Virus record (IMG/VR): IMGVR_UViG_3300037309_000022
Span: 1-36,188 of that record
Source: a virus
Taxonomy: Duplodnaviria; Caudoviricetes
DNA length: 36,188 bases
Strand: one strand, 5' to 3'
The notes under the pieces are model-generated. The model did not search any database. It had not been told where the DNA came from and saw only the letters and a program-made list of their open reading frames with translations. The position numbers were made by a program, and so were the translations under genes. Positions within the stretch are counted from its first letter, which is position 1. Every line of letters begins with the position of its first letter. Shown piece after piece: positions 1 through 6,844 of this stretch.

Positions 1-38
1 GTATTTTTCTCCTGCTTGCCGGTCCAATTGCTGCTCAT
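1..38 (-). CDS. Partial early-operon protein (N-terminus MSSNWTGKQEKN, runs off window)
   Basis: ATG at 38 preceded by GGAGG on the minus strand; same orientation as neighbouring early genes. Confidence 0.45.
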   Translation of the reverse strand, partial: MSSNWTGKQEKN

Positions 39-119
39 CTCATCCTCCATTAAACCGGCGGGGCCACGCTGCCTGATTAGCGAGCTACCACTAGCGCCAG
101 ACGCACCCCGCCGTACCGC

Positions 120-278
120 TCACGCGGGTTCCGTTTTAATCTTTTCCGTCAGAAACTTTGGCGGCTCTGCCCCGGCCTCATATGGCCAGGGCTCTTTGCG
201 TGGCGGGAACGGGACAACATTGCGCCCCGTCACCTGGTCGAGCGTCCTGATAGGCCGCGTCAGATAGGGCGAGGTCAT
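120..278 (-). CDS. Hypothetical early protein, 52 aa (MTSPYLTRPIRTLDQV...), not in ORF track
   Basis: ATG at 278 overlaps the upstream stop (ATGA coupling); open to TGA at 120-122. Confidence 0.6.
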   Translation of the reverse strand: MTSPYLTRPIRTLDQVTGRNVVPFPPRKEPWPYEAGAEPPKFLTEKIKTEPA

Positions 279-550
279 TGCTCGCCTCGTGCTTTGGCTA
301 AAGCAGCGCGCAGCGCTGTCGCCACTTTAGACGGGACCCCAGACGCGGCGTCGTGCGCCTCGATTACGTCAAGCGCGTACTGCGCGGCGCTATACAGTTC
401 AGGCGCGGCGGCAATTAAGTTGATTGTGTCGCGTCCTTTATAGACGTTGGCAACCAAACCTGAATGCACACCCATCCCGTCCGGCCCATAAACTCTGTTA
501 TTGCCGTTTTCGCCTGCGCGCCAAGGCCCCGGCGTCCATTTCGTGCTCAT
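275..550 (-). CDS. Phage early hypothetical protein (TPGPW...LIAAAPEL...ALAKARG type)
   Basis: Start at ATG 550 (ATGA overlap); conserved terminal motifs typical of a widespread small phage protein family. Confidence 0.75.
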   Translation of the reverse strand: MSTKWTPGPWRAGENGNNRVYGPDGMGVHSGLVANVYKGRDTINLIAAAPELYSAAQYALDVIEAHDAASGVPSKVATALRAALAKARGEQ

Positions 551-729
551 TCTGCACCCTCCACCTGTTGGACAATCTTCCTGATCCATCGCGCGATTTC
601 GTCTGGCGGCGTCTTTCTGTCGTGGATCGCGGCAATCACCGCGTAGCTTTCTTGCGCAACGTCGCGGATCCGGATCGCGCGATCCATTTTGCGCTGAGCC
701 TCTTGAGCTAATGGGCTGAGGCTGCTCAT
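547..729 (-). CDS. Hypothetical early protein
   Basis: ATG 729 coupled to upstream TGA (ATGA); helical 60-aa product. Confidence 0.65.
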   Translation of the reverse strand: MSSLSPLAQEAQRKMDRAIRIRDVAQESYAVIAAIHDRKTPPDEIARWIRKIVQQVEGAE

Positions 730-1091
730 TCGGCGGCCCTCGTCATTTTGGACCATTGCGGGCCGAACGCGTCGGCGACCAGGGCCGCAAGCGGCATGCG
801 TTGAGACGTAGCGTCCTCCCCGCGCCAGACTTCGGAGCCGTCCGCCTCGAGGTCGTCCATCATGGACGCAAGCGCGCTGTCGTTGAACGCGTCGGCCTCG
901 CCGTTCAGGTAGTCCTCGATCGCTTTGGCTAAAATGCCAACGGGCGAGGCGGGGCGGCAGTCGCGATACTGGAACTCTTCCAGCTTGCGGCGCAAAGCCC
1001 AGCGGGCCTTGCGGATCACGAACAAATCATGCGCGACGTCGCACGCGATACGCATGTCGTCACGGCGTTGATATTCTGCGCGGTCGTCCAT
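726..1091 (-). CDS. Hypothetical early protein, 121 aa
   Basis: GGGAG RBS within a 20-bp leader repeat; coupled to the next gene. Confidence 0.75.
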   Translation of the reverse strand: MDDRAEYQRRDDMRIACDVAHDLFVIRKARWALRRKLEEFQYRDCRPASPVGILAKAIEDYLNGEADAFNDSALASMMDDLEADGSEVWRGEDATSQRMPLAALVADAFGPQWSKMTRAAE

Positions 1092-1340
1092 GTCCGTCTC
1101 CCGTGTTGTGTGATTAAGCGGCGCAGGCGGCTTCGAACGAGCGTTCGCGCGTCAAGCCGTTGTGCGGGACAAAGCGATAAAAGTTGCCGTTCGACGCTTG
1201 CAGCGCGTAGGCGTCCGGTGCGTAATCACCAGGCGTCGGGATTTTGGCGAGAACCTTGAGCCCCTTAAGGAACCCGACATTCACCGTCGATCCGATTGTC
1301 CAGTTTTGGTTTGCCGCGTTCATGTCCGTCTCCCGTGTTG
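1089..1340 (-). repeat. 20-bp exact direct repeat (CAACACGGGAGACGGACATG on minus strand) at 1089-1108 and 1321-1340, containing RBS and ATG
   Basis: catgtccgtctcccgtgttg read at both positions. Confidence 0.9.
1114..1323 (-). CDS. First gene of leftward early operon, 69 aa hypothetical (MNAANQNWTIGSTVNVGFL...)
   Basis: ATG 1323 with GGGAG RBS, directly downstream of the pL-like promoter. Confidence 0.75.
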   Translation of the reverse strand: MNAANQNWTIGSTVNVGFLKGLKVLAKIPTPGDYAPDAYALQASNGNFYRFVPHNGLTRERSFEAACAA

Positions 1341-1346
1341 GTGAGA

Positions 1347-1391
1347 TATGCATATCGCATAGCATGGGGGCCGTCAATGCAAAAAGCATAG
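1347..1391 (-). promoter_or_regulatory. pL-like promoter (TTGACG-17-TATGCA) overlapped by two operators (1347-1361, 1376-1390)
   Basis: TATGC-atatc-GCATA and AATGC-aaaaa-GCATA match the palindrome also found twice at 2049-2088; -35 at 1377-1372. Confidence 0.7.
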
Positions 1392-1429
1392 GGCGCGCAT
1401 AAATTTTTTTGCGGCAGGGTTACGCCAGT

Positions 1430-2026
1430 TTACGAAGGCCGTATGTCCGCAATGGGAGAGGCCCACAAAAGGGCAGCATTCAATCGAGGCGGGGCGTTCC
1501 AGCTTTCCAGGTTATACAGGCCAGGCTGCGTGCCCGGTCGCACTATCTTGACCAGGCACGGGCCGTCCACAATCTGCACCGCGCAGAGCTTGCCCAGGCA
1601 GGCTTGGTCAACGCCCTCTGTTGTGGCTTTCCAAAATACAATCCAGCCGTCCTGCATTGGGTACATAGAGTCGCCCTTAATTCGTGCGGCGACTAAATTA
1701 GACCCATCAGACGGCGGCGGTTCCACATATTCAGAAGCTGCGCCGGGCTCATAATCGTTGACGGTATGCACTTCAGCACCTGCGCCAATGTATGCAAGGA
1801 CGGGGACAAAATTAGGGCGCACTAGGTGCTTACCTGTCAATAACCATTCTGCACTGACACGGAACAACACGGCGTATCGTTTTAATTCATCCCGCTTTGG
1901 GCCTCTGCTGTCGTTTTCGTGAGCCGCGTAGGTTGGATACGGCATTCCCAATGCTCGCGCCGCGTCTGCCGCACTTGCAAAGCCTGCGCCCTCGCGGGCC
2001 TTTCTAATTCTCTGTCCTAATGTCAT
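1430..2026 (-). CDS. cI: CI-like repressor: XRE HTH plus S24 (LexA-type) autopeptidase
   Basis: N-terminal LGQRIRKARE...YAAHEN HTH; GDSM catalytic Ser and LVK Lys; divergent from cro. Start ATG 2026 or GTG 2032. Confidence 0.92.
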   Translation of the reverse strand: MTLGQRIRKAREGAGFASAADAARALGMPYPTYAAHENDSRGPKRDELKRYAVLFRVSAEWLLTGKHLVRPNFVPVLAYIGAGAEVHTVNDYEPGAASEYVEPPPSDGSNLVAARIKGDSMYPMQDGWIVFWKATTEGVDQACLGKLCAVQIVDGPCLVKIVRPGTQPGLYNLESWNAPPRLNAALLWASPIADIRPS

Positions 2027-2047
2027 CCGCACAGCATTCAGGCCAAC

Positions 2048-2090
2048 CTATGCTTTGGGCATTGACAAGAACCTATGCAAATGGCATAGA
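2048..2090 (+). promoter_or_regulatory. pR-like promoter (TTGACA 2062-2067, 17 bp, CATAGA 2085-2090) with operators at 2049-2063 and 2074-2088
   Basis: cTATGC-tttgg-GCATTg and cTATGC-aaatg-GCATAg in the cI-cro intergenic region. Confidence 0.8.
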
Positions 2091-2096
2091 CGCCCT

Positions 2097-2297
2097 ATGA
2101 TTACGGTTGATGTGAAACAGCTTCGGCAGAAATTGGGCCTTTCTCAGGAGGCTTTCGGGGAACTGGTCGGCATCGATCAGGCCACGGTGTCGCGTTACGA
2201 AAACGGCAACCCAATACCGAAGCCGACAATGAAGTTGCTGGCGCAAATCGCGCTTTCCGCGCCGCAGGTCGAGACCCCCACCCAAGCAGCGGAGTGA
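2097..2297 (+). CDS. cro: Cro-like XRE HTH regulator
   Basis: KQLRQKLGLSQEAFGELVGIDQATVSRYENG is a classic HTH_3; divergent from cI; ATG at 2097. Confidence 0.88.
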   Translation: MITVDVKQLRQKLGLSQEAFGELVGIDQATVSRYENGNPIPKPTMKLLAQIALSAPQVETPTQAAE

Positions 2298-2300
2298 GCC

Positions 2301-2474
2301 ATGATCGAGGACCACGAACGTCATTGGAATGAGCCTGCGCAGCCGTCGCGCTGGGACGTGCCTCTTGCGATTTTCGTCGCGTTCGTCGCCGTCACGGTTA
2401 TCGCCTGGACTATGCCGCGTTCGGCTCCAGCGCAACCTGTAAGCAAAACTTGCGAGTTGAGGGGGGCGGTGTAA
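2301..2474 (+). CDS. Small single-TM membrane protein, 57 aa (not in ORF track)
   Basis: GGAG RBS; MIEDHERHWNEPAQPSRWDVPLAIFVAFVAVTVIAW...; TAATG coupling to the next gene. Confidence 0.7.
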   Translation: MIEDHERHWNEPAQPSRWDVPLAIFVAFVAVTVIAWTMPRSAPAQPVSKTCELRGAV

Positions 2475-2761
2475 TGCGAAGGGCCTTGTTTTGGACGCGA
2501 GAGCGTCTCGACGACATGGCTGTTATGCGGCGGGCAGGCGCGTCGTGGTCCGACATTGCCGCTCATGTCGGCAAGCCTGCGCATATTTGCCAGAACACGT
2601 TTTATGCGTCCGGCTGCGCCAATCAAGAACGCTTGACGCAGCACGCAATCGACCGCGCGAAAAAACTTTTTTCGCAAGGGTACAACACAGCGCAAATCGC
2701 CGTCGCGGTCGGCGCTCCAGAGCACGTGATTGCAAATTCCCGTTGTTATTTGGAGGCGTGA
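2474..2761 (+). CDS. Tandem-HTH protein resembling the GcrA N-terminal domain
   Basis: WTRERLDDMAVMRRAGASWSDIAAHVG and AKKLFSQGYNTAQIAVAVG resemble GcrA WTDER..L..LW..G.SA.QIA..LG. Confidence 0.6.
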   Translation: MRRALFWTRERLDDMAVMRRAGASWSDIAAHVGKPAHICQNTFYASGCANQERLTQHAIDRAKKLFSQGYNTAQIAVAVGAPEHVIANSRCYLEA

Positions 2762-2764
2762 AAC

Positions 2765-3028
2765 ATGGCTGTCCGCAAGCTCCGCGATCTGAAGCCGGTC
2801 CAGCTCGCCCGCATCATCCACTTGCAGAAAATCACGCGCCAAGCCTGGCACGACAGGAAGAACCCGGACGACGGCGTTCTTAATCTCACCGCAGCGATGG
2901 AAGCGAAGCCCATCAAGATTCGCGCGCCAGTCGTCGCAATGTGGGCGGCTATTGGATTGATCGGCGTCTATGCCGTCGCGTGCGTCTGGCATGTGACCAT
3001 CACCCTTATTCAGCAGGCGCTGTCATGA
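2765..3028 (+). CDS. Hypothetical protein with C-terminal TM helix
   Basis: GGAGG RBS; hydrophobic VVAMWAAIGLIGVYAVACVW. Confidence 0.7.
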   Translation: MAVRKLRDLKPVQLARIIHLQKITRQAWHDRKNPDDGVLNLTAAMEAKPIKIRAPVVAMWAAIGLIGVYAVACVWHVTITLIQQALS

Positions 3029-3297
3029 GCGCTCTAGCGAAATTGGCCGCACCGTCGGCCTACGACTTGCGAGACGGCCCTACCCGCGAGGATGGGACGA
3101 CCGGAACGGCTTTGGATCGCGAAAGCGCCCAACGGGTGTCTCCCCCGTGGGAGCCTAACCTGGTTGCTGCTACGTCTCGCAACCCCGCCCACTTGGGCAG
3201 TTTCCTTCCCACCTCGGCCGGACGGGACCTAACATCCCGCTCCGGCACTTTCTCCGCCTACGGACAACCTGGACAGTTGTCAGCATCGGGGAAAGAC

Positions 3298-3612
3298 ATG
3301 GGAAAAAATACAGAGCCCGTTACGGTAAATTTGGAACGCTTCTGCGTTAACTCGGAATTGAAAGCCTGGGCAGAAAGTGCGCCCGCGAAGGTCTTGCAGT
3401 TCCGCACCGGCATCAGCGCATCGCGCATCTATGACTGGCGATCCGGCAGGTTCGGAGCCAACGCCTCAACGCTCGAAATCATTCGCCGCGACAAGCTCGC
3501 ATTTGCACGCGAGCAAATGGAGCAGGCCCGCGCGGTCATCCGGCAGAGCCTCGGGCCAATGGCCGATCTGTACCCGGACGCGGTTGAGCGAGTTTTAGGG
3601 GGCGAACTATGA
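3298..3612 (+). CDS. Putative HTH regulator (CII-like position)
   Basis: AKVLQFRTGISASRIYDWRSG is HTH-like; ATG 3298 preferred over 3025 because the upstream stretch is hairpin-dense and encodes an S/P/T/R-rich random-looking peptide. Confidence 0.55.
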   Translation: MGKNTEPVTVNLERFCVNSELKAWAESAPAKVLQFRTGISASRIYDWRSGRFGANASTLEIIRRDKLAFAREQMEQARAVIRQSLGPMADLYPDAVERVLGGEL

Positions 3613-4130
3613 CAGCCCTCGCAATCAATCCTGGCCAGTTGGTGGTTCAGGTGCGCCAGCCGGGCGGGGTGGAACCCCAAGCCGCCTCGCCCGGTAACTA
3701 TCTGACGCTGCCGAACCCGCCATCGGTCAACAAGATGTACGCGGACGGCCCGTCGCGGCGCGTCAAATCAGCCGCCTATAAGGACTGGCTGCTTGAGGCG
3801 GGCTGGCGACTGCGCGCACAAAATCCAAAGCCCCATAAGGGGCAAGTGTTGATGGTCATCGGCGCCGAACGCCACAGCGAGGCCGCAGACATCGACAACC
3901 GCGTCAAGGCTCTATTCGACCTGCTCGTGGCGCACGAGGTCATCGCAGACGACCGGCACGTGACCGGCTTCGCTATTGCCTGGCTTCCGCCGTCGAATGG
4001 CCTGGTCCACGTGGCGATCATGGACGTTCAGCCCATTACTATCCAATTCCATCCCGCCAATTCTCCGGCGCACGGCGGGTGGTTTATCGCGCCAACTCAA
4101 CCTGAGGAGCCTGAGAATAATGGCCTATGA
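3609..4130 (+). CDS. rusA: RusA-family Holliday junction resolvase
   Basis: LPNPPSVN, DIDNRVKALFDLL and IADDRHV acidic catalytic motifs. Confidence 0.88.
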   Translation: MTALAINPGQLVVQVRQPGGVEPQAASPGNYLTLPNPPSVNKMYADGPSRRVKSAAYKDWLLEAGWRLRAQNPKPHKGQVLMVIGAERHSEAADIDNRVKALFDLLVAHEVIADDRHVTGFAIAWLPPSNGLVHVAIMDVQPITIQFHPANSPAHGGWFIAPTQPEEPENNGL

Positions 4131-4923
4131 TATGAGCAAACTACGCAAGGTGCGGGGCGATGGCCCGCCGCGCATCTTAATCTATGGCACAGCCGGGATT
4201 GGCAAGACGACGCTGGCGGCTGAGTTTCCCAACGCGGTGTTCATTCAAACCGAAGACGGGACGCCAGCCGATTTGGAATTGAACTCGTTTGGCATTGCCC
4301 AAACCTTCGGCGATGTGATGGAGGGGCTCGCGTCCCTCTATAGCAGCGACCATCAATTCAACACGCTGATCTTGGACAGCGTGACCGAATTGCAGCGGCT
4401 GGTCTTCACCGAGACCTGCGCCCGTGGCGACGACAAGGGCAACGCGAAAAAGAGCATCGAAGATTTTGGGTATGGCAAAGGCTACGTCTACGCCCAACGG
4501 GTCATGCAAGAATTCATCGACGGCATCACCGCGCTTCGCCGCGACAAGGGCATGGCGGTTATCCTCATCGCTCACTCCAAGGTCGAACGCTTCGACGACC
4601 CGGAAAGCGTGTCATATGACCGCTACGAGATCGACCTGCACGACAAGCTTGTCGGCATGATCGAACGGGACATGGACGCAATCCTGCTTCTCAAAAACGA
4701 TGTGAGCATCAAGACCGAAGACCAAGGCTTCAACCGGGAACGCGCCCGCGCCGATGGCGGCGGGACGGTCTGGATACACGCACGCGGTAAGCCCGCCTTC
4801 GTGGCCAAGAACCGCTTTGGCATCCCCGACAAGGTCCGGTACACGAAAGGCCAAGGCTTCACGATTCTCTCCCAATACATGATCCCGGCCAGCGCTCCAG
4901 TCGCCGCCGAAGTCGCAGCATAA
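4120..4923 (+). CDS. Sak4-like / AAA_24 ATPase (single-strand annealing recombinase)
   Basis: ILIYGTAGIGKTT Walker A, LILDS Walker B, FGYGKGY, AKNRFG; ATG 4120 with GAGGAG RBS. Confidence 0.85.
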   Translation: MAYDMSKLRKVRGDGPPRILIYGTAGIGKTTLAAEFPNAVFIQTEDGTPADLELNSFGIAQTFGDVMEGLASLYSSDHQFNTLILDSVTELQRLVFTETCARGDDKGNAKKSIEDFGYGKGYVYAQRVMQEFIDGITALRRDKGMAVILIAHSKVERFDDPESVSYDRYEIDLHDKLVGMIERDMDAILLLKNDVSIKTEDQGFNRERARADGGGTVWIHARGKPAFVAKNRFGIPDKVRYTKGQGFTILSQYMIPASAPVAAEVAA

Positions 4924-4935
4924 GGAACCCAACAC

Positions 4936-5442
4936 ATGGCTAGTCTAGGAATGACTTTTGACCCCGCAGCCGTCGAACCCTCGCAAGGCTTCGAAGCGCT
5001 TCCAGCCGGGTCCTATCTCGCCCATATCATTGAGTCCGAAGTGAAGGACACCAAAGCCGGGACGGGCGAACGCCTGAACCTGACCTGGGAAATCATCGAC
5101 GGTCCGCACGAAAAGCGCCGCGTATGGCAGGGCATCAATATCAAGAACCAATCCGTCAAAGCCCAAGAAATCGGGCAGGGCGAACTCTCCGCCATTCTTC
5201 GCGCTATGGGCTCCGGCCCCATCGAAGACAGCGAAGACATGCACTTCAAGCCTGTCATTATCCGTCTCAAAGTCGAGAAGGATCAGAACGGCAACCTCAA
5301 GAACGAAGTGGCCAAGGTCGAGCCTGCGAATGCCGCGCCACAGCCTCAGCCGCCCCGTCTGGCCACGTCGAACCCGGCTCCTGTGCAACAGGCCCGGCCT
5401 GCGCAAGCGGCGGCCAGCGGCGCGAAAAAGCCCTGGGGCTGA
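4936..5442 (+). CDS. DUF669-like phage ssDNA-binding protein
   Basis: FEALPAGSY...TKAGTGERLNLTWEIIDG, P/A-rich tail ending KKPWG; follows the Sak4-like gene. Confidence 0.78.
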   Translation: MASLGMTFDPAAVEPSQGFEALPAGSYLAHIIESEVKDTKAGTGERLNLTWEIIDGPHEKRRVWQGINIKNQSVKAQEIGQGELSAILRAMGSGPIEDSEDMHFKPVIIRLKVEKDQNGNLKNEVAKVEPANAAPQPQPPRLATSNPAPVQQARPAQAAASGAKKPWG

Positions 5443-5528
5443 TGAACCCGCCGGGCGGGTGAAACCTACCACAGCGCCGCCCGCCCGGCGTCTCCACAAT
5501 CAGGACTGAACCTAATCGCACGGAGATC

Positions 5529-6500
5529 GTGACGATGACCGATGAAACTACGTCTGGCAACCTGTCCGGGCTTATGAGCCCCATCGTGGACGCCATAGAC
5601 GCCGCATGGGCCGCGCGCCCAACATACGAAAACAACACGCTATCCTTTGGCCAGCTTGGCAACGACTGCGACCGCCAACTGTGGTACGGGTTCCGCTGGG
5701 CCAATCCGCCTGAAGCTTTCTCCGGCCGAATGCGCCGGTTGTTCGAAACCGGCAACATTGCCGAACGCGCCATAGTCGCGGACCTGCAAGCGGCTGGCAT
5801 CAAGGTGTCGCCGATCGATCCGGCCACGGGCAGGCAATGGGCCGTTTTGCTCTATGGCGGCCACATCAAAGGCTATGCCGATGGCAAAGCGACGAACGTG
5901 CCAACGGCGCCGGTCGTCGAGCATCTGCTCGAAATCAAGACTCATAACGACAAGTCATTTAAGGACCTGAAAAAGAACGGCGTGGCGAAGGCGAAGCCTG
6001 CCCATGCCGTCCAGATGCAAGCGCTCATGCATGGCCTTGGCCTGACGCGGGCGCTGTACGTGGCCAAGAACAAAAATGACGACGAACTTTACGCCGAGCG
6101 GCTCCACTTCGACGCGACCCACGCCATATCCATCGTGGCTCGCGCTGAGCGGATCGTGAACGCGGACGACCCGCCGCCGAAGCTGCACGACGACCCGGAA
6201 AGCAAGGCCGCGTTTCAGTGCAAGTTTTGCCCGGCTCGGAGCGTCTGCCATGAGCGCGCAATGCCGCGCCAAAACTGCCGGACCTGTATGCACTCGACTG
6301 CGAGGCCGGAAGGCGGGTGGCATTGCCGCCGCTGGGACAAGAGCCTGACGCCTGACGAACAACGCGCCGGGTGCGTCAAGCATCTGTTCCTTCCAGGCCT
6401 TGTGCCCGGCGAACAAATCGATGCGGACGAAACGGCGGAAACCGTCACCTATCGCATGGCCGATGGGTCCGAATGGATCGATGGTGGGAGGGCGGCGTGA
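5529..6500 (+). CDS. Cas4-like PD-(D/E)XK exonuclease with Cys cluster
   Basis: DCDRQLWY, GYADG, LLEIKT, QMQALM and C-terminal CKFCPARSVC. Confidence 0.82.
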   Translation: MTMTDETTSGNLSGLMSPIVDAIDAAWAARPTYENNTLSFGQLGNDCDRQLWYGFRWANPPEAFSGRMRRLFETGNIAERAIVADLQAAGIKVSPIDPATGRQWAVLLYGGHIKGYADGKATNVPTAPVVEHLLEIKTHNDKSFKDLKKNGVAKAKPAHAVQMQALMHGLGLTRALYVAKNKNDDELYAERLHFDATHAISIVARAERIVNADDPPPKLHDDPESKAAFQCKFCPARSVCHERAMPRQNCRTCMHSTARPEGGWHCRRWDKSLTPDEQRAGCVKHLFLPGLVPGEQIDADETAETVTYRMADGSEWIDGGRAA

Positions 6501-6844
6501 GCATCGTTATTGAATGCGGCATCGTGCCGAAACCTAAGCCGCGTGTGACGCGCCGCGAGGTGCTGATCGCTTTGAGCCGCGCGACCGGACTGCCTGAAAA
6601 GTGGCTCACTGGGCGCATTAAACGGCAAGAACTGATCGTCCCGCGTCACATCGGCTATTATCTGTGCCAGAAGCTGACGGGCAGTTCATACTTTCAAATC
6701 GGCCAGACATTCAACCGCGACCATAGCACGATCATTTCCGGCATCCGGAATGTTAACGCAAATTCGGGCGGCTTGTTCGCTGGCCCGCTTGCTGAAATCG
6801 AGCCCAAGGTTCTCTCGCTATTGGGGCTCGACGACCATGATTGA
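6497..6844 (+). CDS. Stand-alone DnaA C-terminal (domain IV) DNA-binding protein
   Basis: PRHIGYYLCQKLTGSSYFQIGQTFNRDHSTIISG matches the DnaA domain IV signature; GTG 6497 overlaps the upstream TGA. Confidence 0.85.
   Translation: MSIVIECGIVPKPKPRVTRREVLIALSRATGLPEKWLTGRIKRQELIVPRHIGYYLCQKLTGSSYFQIGQTFNRDHSTIISGIRNVNANSGGLFAGPLAEIEPKVLSLLGLDDHD

Noticed and set aside
16-267. Plus-strand 83-aa ORF and other plus-strand ORFs over the early left operon
   Set aside because: They oppose a tightly coupled minus-strand gene chain and lack an RBS or motifs.
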